Shown: in pieces, positions 53,370 to 63,610 of the stretch
How the letters are laid out: each line of letters opens with the position of its first letter
Numbering within the stretch: the first letter of the stretch is position 1
From: Candidatus Poribacteria bacterium
Lineage (GTDB): Bacteria > Poribacteria > WGA-4E > WGA-3G
DNA: 64,000 nucleotides
Assembly (NCBI GenBank): GCA_963663765.2
Contig: CAXXUA010000005.1
Span: forward strand, 1,376,001 to 1,440,000
Direction: 5' to 3'
Made by a program: the position numbers and the translations under genes
Notes under the pieces: generated by a model
What the model was told of the DNA's origin: nothing
The model's input: only the letters and a program-made list of their open reading frames with translations
Database searches by the model: none

Positions 53370-53397
53370 TTGACATTTTCCCTTAACCTGCTATACT
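53370..53397 (+). promoter_or_regulatory. Putative sigma70 promoter TTGACA-N16-TATACT with extended -10 TG
   Basis: Direct reading upstream of 53563. Confidence 0.5.
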
Positions 53398-53562
53398 TTT
53401 GACAATAGAAAACTTTCAGACAGCATCGTTTTGAAACATACTGGTGAACTTTAGATTTATTGAGACAGAAGGTAATAAGATTGGAAGGTGAATCAACAAC
53501 CCCACAAGCGGTGGAGGGAAGGTTTCTAATAGATCCGAATCCTTCTCAAAAAACAACGTGTA

Positions 53563-54534
53563 ATGATGTTACAACAGCAGAATAAACACCTTTACCCGAT
53601 GGGATGGGTAAATATTATAGACTATGCGTTTAGTCTGTATCGGGGACATTTTCAGAGTTTTCTCGGTATTGTAGCGATGTACGCGGGAATAGATGCGTTA
53701 CGAGAATGCGTGCTACTACTCTTATGGAAATATGAAGTCTATCACTTAATAGATGAGTTATTCTCTAGCCTACTTATGACATTAGTAATAGGTATGTTTA
53801 TTGTTTGCTCAAGTGAAATCTATCTTGATAAAACTATCACATTTCGTGAAATTCTACGAAGGTTCGGTTCCCTATTTTCTCGATACTTGCACATTTCATT
53901 TGTTTACCTGATACCTATTTCACTCTGGGAATTGTTATCAGAGATAAATAAGAATCCTTCTCTATTGGCTTTGCTCTTACTGCTTTTGAGTATCCCTTTT
54001 CTATTCTATTATTATATTGCTTGGTGCTTGTATGGTCCTGTCGTTATTCTTGAAACTCCTATGTCGCATCATCCACTCACATGGAGTCGGTATTTAGTAA
54101 AAGGGGCATGGTGGCGAATCTGTGGTACAATCATCGCCGTTTACTTTATCATGGCCGCGATCGAATTGATACTCAATATCTCCATCATGTTAATATTTGC
54201 GTTATCAGGATATGGTGAAGGAACATGGTTTGACATGATGCAATCAATCATTGCATCTGCATTTGAATCGGACAGGGACAAATCACTCACACTATCGTTC
54301 ATAATAAGCGCGTTTCTGGACGTTGGTATTTCTGCTGTTATAACCACACCGATTTACGCAATCAGTGTGATGCTGATCTATTTTAATAGAAAGATTGAGA
54401 CCGAAAGATTTGATATTGTCCCAGAAAACTCTCACGACTCACTACTGAAAAGTAATACCAATTCTGAATCACAGAGGACGCAGAGGACACGGATTACACA
54501 GATAAGCCCAACTGAGGTGGTATTGCTTAGTTAA
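53563..54534 (+). CDS. Polytopic membrane protein (GDPD membrane-domain/YciC-like)
   Basis: IID.AF.LYR..F start, several TM helices, S..LVKG.WWR, LIYF..K.E.E.FD. Confidence 0.75.
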   Translation: MMLQQQNKHLYPMGWVNIIDYAFSLYRGHFQSFLGIVAMYAGIDALRECVLLLLWKYEVYHLIDELFSSLLMTLVIGMFIVCSSEIYLDKTITFREILRRFGSLFSRYLHISFVYLIPISLWELLSEINKNPSLLALLLLLLSIPFLFYYYIAWCLYGPVVILETPMSHHPLTWSRYLVKGAWWRICGTIIAVYFIMAAIELILNISIMLIFALSGYGEGTWFDMMQSIIASAFESDRDKSLTLSFIISAFLDVGISAVITTPIYAISVMLIYFNRKIETERFDIVPENSHDSLLKSNTNSESQRTQRTRITQISPTEVVLLS

Positions 54535-54725
54535 TGCTTCTTCTCATGCAATGCAATCTAATGCTGCTGTCTTATTCACGAAATCCGCGATTCTGTCAGC
54601 GAAAAACTGTACACACCCAGCGGAAAGGGAAGAACAAGATTTTGGTTAGATCTAATGTGTTTTACAATTTATCGGTTTTAATATTTTAATATAAGACTCA
54701 CTCATACATCCGGGAGGAACAGCAC

Positions 54726-57700
54726 TTGCCAATTTCACATAACTTACACAACGACTCTTACAAACAAATAAAACGAACAGTTACTTATCTTCTAACAATC
54801 CTACTCGCGCTCGGTATATTCGCGTCCATCAGTCACGCTCAGCAACCCCATATAGTTTTCGTCGTGGGTGAAAATGAATACCGTTCCGAAGTAACGATGC
54901 CAGCATTGGCAAAGGTATTGGCAGACCATTACGGTTTTCGAACCACTGTACTTCTTGATGATGTAATTCAGGGCGGCGCAGGCAACAACATCAACGGACT
55001 TGAAGCACTTGAAACCGCTGACCTACTCGTCCTATACCTACGATTCCGACAACTCCCGGATGACAACCTTGAAATGTTACAAAAATACATTGACCGCGGA
55101 GCTCCCATCCTCGCTTTCCGTACAACAACACACGCCTTTAATTATAGAAACTCCGATCCGCGAGCGGAGTTTTGGAACAGTTTCGGTGCACGTGAACTCG
55201 GGGCACCATGGATACATCACTATGGACATGGAGCAAGTACCGATGCCACAACCATCGGTGAGCACCCTATCCTCACAGGTGTGAGTCCAGAATTCCACGT
55301 CCGTTCCTGGACTTATCATGTTAGACCTAACTACCCACCGAAAGACGCGCAGATATTAGTACAGGGACGACCCGTATTTCCAGATGGAAAGCGAGGGGAC
55401 GAAAAGACACTCAATCCAATCGCATGGACACACACCCACACTGGAGGCGGACGTGTCTTTACAACAACGATGGGACACCCAGAAGACTTCAACGTGGTTG
55501 ACTTTCGCAGACTTGTAGTTAACGGTGTCTACTGGTGCCTCAAAAGCAAAGCACCGCAACGATATGCTCCCGGATGGCGCGCAAAAACAGGACAAAAGTG
55601 GCGAGATATGGACTACGGACCCTACATTTCTACTGCCGTTGCCGCACATCCAAAAAACATTACATACAAAGGTATTATTATCCCACTTACGCCAGATCAC
55701 ACTGGCGGGACAGTCGTATTTGACACAGACCTATTACGTTACTCCGCAGGGTGGATAGGTGGACTAATTGACTACGCAGATGTTGAATTTAACGGATGGC
55801 ATCAAAGTTACCCATCTATTGAAGGCGATCTCCTATGGGAAAACAAGGTGGGACCAGGTTGGGCAAAGGACGGCAGCTTTGAGGATACAAGAACCGTGCC
55901 TTTCGGTCCCCTACCCAGAGATTGGGCACATTGGAAAGGGTTGTATCTTCACAAAAACAATGTTATTCTGTCTTATACAGTTGGCACGCGTTCAGTCCTC
56001 GAATCCCCATCGCTTGAGAGTGGAGACAAAGGGAACGCTTTTGCACGCACGTTCCACCTCGGTCCCTCCGCATCAAGCACCCTTGTTCGTGTTGCAACAA
56101 TCCCTGACGGTAAAGCATCCTTATTGCCTGATTTTTCACGTGGTACCGCTGCTGCCCTATGTCTGCCAGATACAGAACCCGGTACTCCAGGCAGTCTACT
56201 TGCAGCTTTGATTGACGCACCAGATGGCACAAAGTGGGAAACAGCACAGGACGAACTCCGTATCAAGTTCCCACCGTCCGACAAAGCATTCACCGCAAAA
56301 ATTTTGATTACACCTACTCATCAGGATAAACTCAACTTATCCACATGGACACAATTCGTGGATACCTCAACGCCAGCAACTGATTTAACAACACTGATCA
56401 ATGGCGGACCACAACGTTGGGAAGAAAAAGTCGTCATGACAGGACAAACCGATATACAACGAAAACGTAGGGTGGAAACGCTAAAAATTGAACCAGGAAC
56501 AACGAAGATGCACTTTGAATTAGATGGATATCTACCGAATGTGCTTTCACTGGACAATCTAACACCTGCCCCTGACGGGGTTGGCAACGCAGATCAATAC
56601 ATTGCAGTCCTAGTCCCATCTGAAAAGAACTCAGAGCCTGATGGTGCACAATTACAGAAGAACGATCCAACCTTGATCGGACACTGGGGTTTTGACGAAG
56701 GCACAGGTTTAAACGCAGCAAGCACAACACAAGGAAAGTCAACAATCGTTCTTGATGATGTTCGTTGGGATGCTGGACGACAAGAAAATTGCCTTGTATT
56801 TGATGGAGACGCAGAAGCTCGTTTTGATGAAAACTTTGATCTCGATTTTGACACCTCTGACCTAACTTTTGCTACATGGATCAACACTGAAAAAGACGGT
56901 TCAATTTTCTCTGAAGCACTTGAGGAACCAGAATGGGTACCAAATGGCAAAACTTTCTTTATCCGAGGCGGATATTTAGCGTTTGATGTCGGATGGGTCG
57001 GTGTCATCAGCAACACTTCAGGAAATGCAAAACCTGTAAATGACGGGGTTTGGCATCATGTCGGATTAACATGGAAACATCAAACGGGGGTAGTGACACT
57101 CTTTTTGGACGGAGAGGTTACCGCAAAAGGCACGCTTAAGCCAGAAGAAGCATTGGAAGATGACATTTGGAGACTCGGATTCACCTCAGAAAATTTCCCA
57201 GAGAATTCCCCCAGACTTGATGGGAAACTTGATGAGATGTATCTATACAATCGCGCACTCTCCTCCAAAGAAATGAACAGTCTATACCAACGTTTGCTGG
57301 AACCACCCGTGATCGCAGTGGCACTGGTCGATCCGATCGAGGGAGCAAAATGGACAATTGACTCTAACCGAGTTTACATCAATATGTCTACAGACAAAAC
57401 CGCATCGATGCTTACATGGGATGGTCGTAAATCGCAGCTCGCAGAATTTGCACGGTTAGCAGCAAACGGAGGAGTCGACCCAGCACAACCGTTTGCAATA
57501 GATAAAATCAACTGGCCTACTCAAAATCCATGGGATTCTTGGATACGTTTCGGTGGGTTAGACTTCTTCCCTGATGGAAATCGTGCTGCGCTTTCCACAT
57601 GGAACGGCGATGTCTGGACAGTCACCGGACTCAATGATACATTGGAAAAACTTGAGTGGCAACGTATCGCAACCGGACTAAACCAACCGCTCGGACTAAA

Positions 57701-58847
57701 AATCGTTGATAATCAGATTTACGTCGTCGGACGCGACCAGATCACACGACTCGTTGATCTCAACGAAGATGGCGAAACCGACTTCTACGAAAACTTCAAC
57801 AACGACACCTACAACAGTGAACATTTCCACGAACCATGTATGGATCTGCAGACCGATGCAGAGGGTAACTTCTACTACATGAAAGCCGCACGACACGCAC
57901 TGAAGGCACAACACCCACACCACGGCACACTCATCAAAGTGACACCCGATGGGGAAAAGTCCACCGTCATTGCTTACGGATTTCGAGCCTCAAATGGACT
58001 CGGCATCAGTCCCGGTCCTATATTCTACGGTACTGATCAGGAAGGATTCTGGATGCCGGCTAACCGAATTAACCGTATCGCTGAATCTGGCAAATTCTAC
58101 GGCAACGCGTGGGGTTGGTACCCATCTGATCAACCGCCAACTACCTATGAACCACCGCTCTGCTGGGTCGCTCCATTCGTTGACCGATCCCCCGCTACAC
58201 TGGTTTGGATTCCAACCGATACTTGGAGTGAAATGGAAGATTCAATACTCTCGGTCAGTTACGGAACAGGGAAAGTATATGCTGTCCTTCAACAAGAAGT
58301 CAACGACAACGTCCAAGGTGTCCTCACCGATCTCGGTGTGGAACTATCCACAGGTGTGATGCGCGGACGATTCCACCCAATCACTAAAGAACTCTACATT
58401 GCGGGACTATTCGGATGGTCTTCCAATAAACAGGAAGATGCTGGTTTCTATCGGATACGCATGACTGGCGCACCACTCCGCACACCAAAATCGTTCCGCG
58501 CTGTCCACGAAGGCTTAATCGTCAGTTTCTATACTCCTCTTGAACCAAAATCCGCAGCAAAAACAGAAAACTGGAAAGTACAAAGTTGGGAATATCGCTG
58601 GACAGAAAACTACGGTTCACCGCAGCTAAAACGTTCCGGTGAAAACGGTAGAGACACGCACACCGTTGAATCTATGACCCTATCAGAGGACGGTAAAACT
58701 GCTTTCCTAAAAATACCGACCATAACACCTACAATGCAGTTACACGTTGAAATCAAACTCAACTTTGCAGACGGTGTGCCGCTGGATTGCTATTTGCACG
58801 GCACAATACATGCCCTTGAAGACACACAAAACACGGAGGATCAATAG
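54726..58847 (+). CDS. Large secreted multidomain protein: ThuA-like + DUF6797-like + LamG + beta-propeller
   Basis: GENEYRSE..GGRVFTTTMGHPEDF (ThuA-like); WHHVGLTW..LDG..LDE..LYNRALS (LamG); GDVW..IATGL.QPLGL (propeller); SD GGAGG + TTG. Confidence 0.8.
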   Translation: MPISHNLHNDSYKQIKRTVTYLLTILLALGIFASISHAQQPHIVFVVGENEYRSEVTMPALAKVLADHYGFRTTVLLDDVIQGGAGNNINGLEALETADLLVLYLRFRQLPDDNLEMLQKYIDRGAPILAFRTTTHAFNYRNSDPRAEFWNSFGARELGAPWIHHYGHGASTDATTIGEHPILTGVSPEFHVRSWTYHVRPNYPPKDAQILVQGRPVFPDGKRGDEKTLNPIAWTHTHTGGGRVFTTTMGHPEDFNVVDFRRLVVNGVYWCLKSKAPQRYAPGWRAKTGQKWRDMDYGPYISTAVAAHPKNITYKGIIIPLTPDHTGGTVVFDTDLLRYSAGWIGGLIDYADVEFNGWHQSYPSIEGDLLWENKVGPGWAKDGSFEDTRTVPFGPLPRDWAHWKGLYLHKNNVILSYTVGTRSVLESPSLESGDKGNAFARTFHLGPSASSTLVRVATIPDGKASLLPDFSRGTAAALCLPDTEPGTPGSLLAALIDAPDGTKWETAQDELRIKFPPSDKAFTAKILITPTHQDKLNLSTWTQFVDTSTPATDLTTLINGGPQRWEEKVVMTGQTDIQRKRRVETLKIEPGTTKMHFELDGYLPNVLSLDNLTPAPDGVGNADQYIAVLVPSEKNSEPDGAQLQKNDPTLIGHWGFDEGTGLNAASTTQGKSTIVLDDVRWDAGRQENCLVFDGDAEARFDENFDLDFDTSDLTFATWINTEKDGSIFSEALEEPEWVPNGKTFFIRGGYLAFDVGWVGVISNTSGNAKPVNDGVWHHVGLTWKHQTGVVTLFLDGEVTAKGTLKPEEALEDDIWRLGFTSENFPENSPRLDGKLDEMYLYNRALSSKEMNSLYQRLLEPPVIAVALVDPIEGAKWTIDSNRVYINMSTDKTASMLTWDGRKSQLAEFARLAANGGVDPAQPFAIDKINWPTQNPWDSWIRFGGLDFFPDGNRAALSTWNGDVWTVTGLNDTLEKLEWQRIATGLNQPLGLKIVDNQIYVVGRDQITRLVDLNEDGETDFYENFNNDTYNSEHFHEPCMDLQTDAEGNFYYMKAARHALKAQHPHHGTLIKVTPDGEKSTVIAYGFRASNGLGISPGPIFYGTDQEGFWMPANRINRIAESGKFYGNAWGWYPSDQPPTTYEPPLCWVAPFVDRSPATLVWIPTDTWSEMEDSILSVSYGTGKVYAVLQQEVNDNVQGVLTDLGVELSTGVMRGRFHPITKELYIAGLFGWSSNKQEDAGFYRIRMTGAPLRTPKSFRAVHEGLIVSFYTPLEPKSAAKTENWKVQSWEYRWTENYGSPQLKRSGENGRDTHTVESMTLSEDGKTAFLKIPTITPTMQLHVEIKLNFADGVPLDCYLHGTIHALEDTQNTEDQ

Positions 58848-58914
58848 CACTTCCATTTTCGCAAAATTTACATGGACAGGAAGGCATCAACGAATCTATA
58901 GCTTTCAACTTTAG

Positions 58915-59563
58915 CAGGACTTACGCACCCAACGGTAGGCGCGCTTTGTAGGCGGGGAATGCCAAAAGGCATTCATTCCGTTGGTTTCTTGATTTGGTGC
59001 TTTGTAAGCGCACCCTGGATGGTAGGCGTGCTTTGTAAGCGCGCCCCCACCTGCACTCCCCTGCAGTCGTGCTTTGTAAGCGCTCCCCGATGGTAGGTGT
59101 GCTTTGTAAGCGCGCCCCCCACCTGCACTCCCCTGCAGTCGTGCTTTGTAAGCGCGCCCCCCACCTGCACTCCCCTGCAGGCGTGCTTTGTATGCGCCCC
59201 CCACCTGCACTCCCCTGCAGGCGTGCTTTGTAAGCGCGCCCCGATGGTAAGCGCGCTGGCACATCAAGTCTCAACAGCGCGCTTACAAAGCACACCTACC
59301 GTGTGAGAAAAATTTATTACCGAATTAATGAATTAATCATCATAAAGTTTGTGCTACAAATTGTCCAAATAATTATATGTTTTACTATAATCGGGGTTGA
59401 AAACCCCTCCCACAAGAGAAAATACCAACACTTTTTTCTTAAATTGACGCTTATGGGGTTGGGTAACCCAACCCCTACGTTTCGTGCCGCATGTGCAAAT
59501 AGTTACGAGTTTCACTATAATTCACTCCCACAAAAGGTCAGAATCCCTAAATTGACGCTTATG
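58915..59563. repeat. MITE D left end, micro-element, short expansion of the GCGTGCTTTGTAAGCGCG REP, and MITE E fragments
   Basis: Same unit and terminal doublet as 1-1180. Confidence 0.8.
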
Positions 59564-60965
59564 GTGTTTTCCGCCATTCTCCCGCAGTCACTTTATCAAT
59601 GAGGAGCCGCGCTTGTTGACTCTCGCGCACCTGCTTCTCAATCTCAACCGGATCCCATTCTGCTAAAAGTTGCGATTCCAACTCACTGCATATTGGCTGA
59701 TACCTCGCTGCATTAGCAAGATTGTAAAACTCATCGGGGTCTTCAGATATATCGTAGAGTTCACACGGATCGCTAAGACTATAGTTGAATTTGTATCTCC
59801 CTTTCCGTAGCATCGCCATAGGACGTTCAACCCCGTGAGCAAGATATTCGGAGAAAGCAAAATCTTTCCAATCCGTTGCTGTGCCTTGTATCAACGGCAT
59901 CAGACTATCACCATCAAATTGACTCAATATATGTCCGCCTGCAATGTCAACCAATGTTGCTGTCAAATCAACAAGTGAAACCACTTCATCAAGACGTTTA
60001 CCTGTGGGAAACTGATCAGGGAACATGACTTGAAGCGGCACGCGAGCAGATGCTTCATAGAAGTTTGATTTACGCCACATACCGTGTTCACCATTCATCT
60101 CTCCGTGATCACTGGTGTAGATAACAACGGTATTCTCTAACTGACCCGTCTCCTCAAGTGTCTGTATGAGTCTTCCTATCTTCTCATCAAGGTAGGTAAT
60201 AAGTCCGTAATACCCCGCACGTGCGCGACGAACTAAGTCCTCTGGGAAGTCAACACAACCGAACATGCGGCGCATGCGTTGGTAAACTGGATGCTGATTT
60301 TCAAGATGCCCATCTGGAATGTTGGGTAGATCGATCTCATCAAGTGGATAGAGATCCCAAAACCTTTGCGGCACAACAAGCGGAAAATGAGGTGCGATGA
60401 ATGACACATTAAGTGCCCAAGGTTGTTCATGTCTTGCAGTATCACGGAGATATGCAATTGCTTCTGTTTCCGCAAGGTCATCAACCTCAATTTCTTCTGT
60501 TGTTCCGGAACCTGCTTGTGCGGGTCCCTGCCACGGACGCTGCGCTACTGGTGTGCCATTTCGCCAATCCGTGAGTCCATGTTTTCTTTCCGCATGTAAA
60601 TCTCGGGCAAGTTGAGAACGAAAACCGTGCAACTGATCCATTCCGCCAAAATGTTGTTTTCCAGAAAGCACAACATCATACCCCGCATCGCGTAGAAGAT
60701 GTCCCCACGTGACAGCATCCGGACGCAACGGAGCAGCGTTGTCCCACGCACCAATCTTATGAATATACCGACCCGTCATAAAAGACATCCGTGACGGCAT
60801 ACAGAGCGGTGAATTGCAGTAAGCATTTGTGAAGGTGACACCATCTTTCGCGAGTCTGTCCATGTGTGGGGTTTGAACGAGAGGATGACCATAAGGTCCG
60901 CTGTACATCGGCGCATGTTCATCGGACATGATGAGAAGGATATTAGGAGGTTGGTTTGTGGACAT
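59559..60965 (-). CDS. Choline-sulfatase-like sulfatase
   Basis: SDEH, CNSPLCMPSR, GKQHF, PHFP, SDHGEM.GEHGMW.K. Confidence 0.9.
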   Translation of the reverse strand: MSTNQPPNILLIMSDEHAPMYSGPYGHPLVQTPHMDRLAKDGVTFTNAYCNSPLCMPSRMSFMTGRYIHKIGAWDNAAPLRPDAVTWGHLLRDAGYDVVLSGKQHFGGMDQLHGFRSQLARDLHAERKHGLTDWRNGTPVAQRPWQGPAQAGSGTTEEIEVDDLAETEAIAYLRDTARHEQPWALNVSFIAPHFPLVVPQRFWDLYPLDEIDLPNIPDGHLENQHPVYQRMRRMFGCVDFPEDLVRRARAGYYGLITYLDEKIGRLIQTLEETGQLENTVVIYTSDHGEMNGEHGMWRKSNFYEASARVPLQVMFPDQFPTGKRLDEVVSLVDLTATLVDIAGGHILSQFDGDSLMPLIQGTATDWKDFAFSEYLAHGVERPMAMLRKGRYKFNYSLSDPCELYDISEDPDEFYNLANAARYQPICSELESQLLAEWDPVEIEKQVRESQQARLLIDKVTAGEWRKTP

Positions 60966-61043
60966 GGTATCTAATTCCAATGTTGAAGTAGGTGGATACC
61001 GTATCAGTTAAATTCTTGCATGTAGCCAATCCAAATATACAAT

Positions 61044-62753
61044 TTATTGTGCAAATAGGTGTTGTTCAATTCCACGTTTTGGTTGGAACGGATTTTTCGT
61101 TTTAAATTGGATCTGGTTTTGGTCTCTCTGCTGTTCAATATTTTTGATCATTACTTCAGAGAAACGACGATCAATGCTAGTTGTAGGTTGAAATAGACTT
61201 TCCTCAATAGGTTGATATTGAGACTTTCCCTCTTGTTGTGTTAACATTACAGCAATATCTCTTGGTAATTTAACATCAGTTTTCTCTTCAAAACCTATGA
61301 CATTTCCATAATCGAAATTAAAAGCGGCAGAAATATCTATACCTTTGTCAGATGCAATCGTTAAGTCTGATTTAGCTTTCTGCCACTCTTGTTGGTGCAA
61401 CCAAACCTCTGCACGCTTGTAATATGCTTGGGCATAATCAGCTCTGAGTTGTAAAGCGGTATTATAATCTGCAAGTGCCATATCAAAGTTACTTAGACTG
61501 CTATAAACCTTTCCACGATTATAATACAATTGTTCCCAATGTGGATTGACTTGTATCACTCGTGTGAAATCTCCAATAGCACTATCAGCATCACCTTTGA
61601 TAGCGAAGGCAATGCCGCGATTGAGATATGCTGGAACATAATTAGGTTGGAATTGGATGACCATATTATAGTCTGCAATTGCTTTGTCATACTGACGAAT
61701 TTTACTATAAGCAATTCCACGGTTAAAGTAACATAGAGTATGGTCCCTCGTTTCTTCAAGAACTATAGAATAATCTTTGATTGCTTTGACGAATTCTCCT
61801 TTGCTGCTATTTACGTTTCCTCGCTCAAAATAAGCACCTACATTAATAATAGGAACTAAATTAATCGCCTTTGTACAATCTGCAATAGCAAAGTCTAACT
61901 CATTTTTCTTGTGGCAAACTATATCGTGAATTAGCCTATTGTGGATAGATATACCACGTATTAGGTATGCATCGGCAGCTTTCGGATTACGTTCTATCGC
62001 ACTATTACAGTCAGCGATAGCAGAGTCAAAGTCACCTTTGAGACTATAAGCAGTTGCGCGAGTGATATAAGGATCGGCAGCATTAGGACTGAATTCCATT
62101 AATTTTTCACAGTCCGTGATAGCAGAATCAAAGTTGCCTTCAAGTAAGTGAACGTGTCCGCGCATGACATAGATATTGACATAATTAGGCTCTAATTCTA
62201 ATGCTTTTGTATAATCTTCAATCGCCAAAATGCCTTTGCCTTTTTTATTGTATGTGATGCCGCGAAGGACATAAGCATATGCATAATCTGGTTTAAGTCT
62301 TATAGCCTTGCTATAGTCCGTAATAGCGAAGTCAAACTCACCTTGGTCACTATAGGCATTACCGCGAATGACATAAGCATCAGCAAGATCAGAGTTAAGT
62401 TCTATCGCTTTATCACAGTCTTCAATTGCCAAATCAAACTCGTTTTTATTCACATAAGCGTGCCCGCGATGGTAATATGCCTCTGCGTAGTCAGGTTCAT
62501 GCCGAATCGCCTTCGTGAAATCTTCAATTGCCTTATCAATATCACCTTTAGCACCAAGCGCCATTCCACGACCAAAATACGCCCTTGCAGGTTGCCGAGT
62601 CCAAAAAATCGCATCGGTATAATCCTTGATTGCCAGATCAAACTTACCCAACTTATGGTAAACCTCGCCTCGGTAGATGTAGGGCATAGCAAAACCGGGG
62701 CTCAGTTCAATAGCTCTACTAAAATGCTTAACAGCTTCTTCATAGTGAGCCAT
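61044..62753 (-). CDS. Long TPR-repeat protein (probably the 3' part of a frameshifted FRG-TPR gene)
   Basis: More than ten AY..RG..Y...G.FD.AI.D...AI.L.P repeats; frame open upstream across end of FRG ORF. Confidence 0.85.
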   Translation of the reverse strand: MAHYEEAVKHFSRAIELSPGFAMPYIYRGEVYHKLGKFDLAIKDYTDAIFWTRQPARAYFGRGMALGAKGDIDKAIEDFTKAIRHEPDYAEAYYHRGHAYVNKNEFDLAIEDCDKAIELNSDLADAYVIRGNAYSDQGEFDFAITDYSKAIRLKPDYAYAYVLRGITYNKKGKGILAIEDYTKALELEPNYVNIYVMRGHVHLLEGNFDSAITDCEKLMEFSPNAADPYITRATAYSLKGDFDSAIADCNSAIERNPKAADAYLIRGISIHNRLIHDIVCHKKNELDFAIADCTKAINLVPIINVGAYFERGNVNSSKGEFVKAIKDYSIVLEETRDHTLCYFNRGIAYSKIRQYDKAIADYNMVIQFQPNYVPAYLNRGIAFAIKGDADSAIGDFTRVIQVNPHWEQLYYNRGKVYSSLSNFDMALADYNTALQLRADYAQAYYKRAEVWLHQQEWQKAKSDLTIASDKGIDISAAFNFDYGNVIGFEEKTDVKLPRDIAVMLTQQEGKSQYQPIEESLFQPTTSIDRRFSEVMIKNIEQQRDQNQIQFKTKNPFQPKRGIEQHLFAQ

Positions 62754-62763
62754 CTTTGCTTTG

Positions 62764-63462
62764 TTAGCCACTTTCTGAATCTCCCTTCTGCTGTTGTGAT
62801 AAACCTTTGTAAGCCATTCTATAGGTTTCCAGCTTAAGTTTCTGATGTCGAATAAATCTGTGTACATCATTGTAAACGGATTCGGTATAAACACCGTGTG
62901 CACTTTTTAGATATTCTTGTATCGGTATTTTTAGGTTTGCTGGAATATTGATAACATCGTCTTCGTTAGGTTGAATATAACCCATAGGATGTCTAACAAA
63001 TACACTCTTCTGTGCAATGACACGATTCATTGGTTCATACGGACTTTTAATGTAAGAATCTATTAGTTCTTTTTTGTGTGTGATAACTCTACCGTCATTA
63101 TTAAGAGAACTGTTACTTGCCATATAAAGTGCAATTAGATAGTCTTCTGAAAAATCTATTAAATTGGTTTTGCCACCGTAATATTGGATTTCTGCAAGGC
63201 ATTCAATTTCACTATATGTTTTACGTATAAAAGGTTTGGCAATTTCCAACATTTCCCGTTGGACTTCCTTTATCTCAAATTGTTCATCTTCAACATCAAA
63301 TTCTTCATCATCCAGAAAGACACGATATAAGTTTGAAGAAACCTTACCATAATATGGTTTTTCCTGATAATGTTCAGGTTCGCCACGATAGAGATGTTCT
63401 CCAGTAGTCGCTTTTTCTTTAATTTTCTTGATTATTCCATTCACTGTACGAGGTTTGTGCAT
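62764..63462 (-). CDS. FRG-domain protein
   Basis: LYRGE, SSNLYR, QYYGGKTNLIDFS....IALY, NRVIAQKSVF, VYND motifs. Confidence 0.82.
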   Translation of the reverse strand: MHKPRTVNGIIKKIKEKATTGEHLYRGEPEHYQEKPYYGKVSSNLYRVFLDDEEFDVEDEQFEIKEVQREMLEIAKPFIRKTYSEIECLAEIQYYGGKTNLIDFSEDYLIALYMASNSSLNNDGRVITHKKELIDSYIKSPYEPMNRVIAQKSVFVRHPMGYIQPNEDDVINIPANLKIPIQEYLKSAHGVYTESVYNDVHRFIRHQKLKLETYRMAYKGLSQQQKGDSESG

Positions 63463-63610
63463 TCACTTCACTTAACATCACTAAATTTTACTTGTTCCAA
63501 AATGATACCATGTATTACATAAGACTGCAAACGCTATTGGATGCGAATAGAGACACTGTGATACAGATGTTGTATGGAATTACTCTAAATGAGAGGACCT
63601 AATTTCTAAA

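Noticed and set aside
58911-59602. ORFs in the repeat cluster
   Set aside because: Translations of REP/MITE sequence
62754-62903. N-terminal 50 aa of the 619-aa TPR ORF as given in the track
   Set aside because: Mostly an alternative frame of the FRG gene's 3' end; not protein-like before the putative shift point
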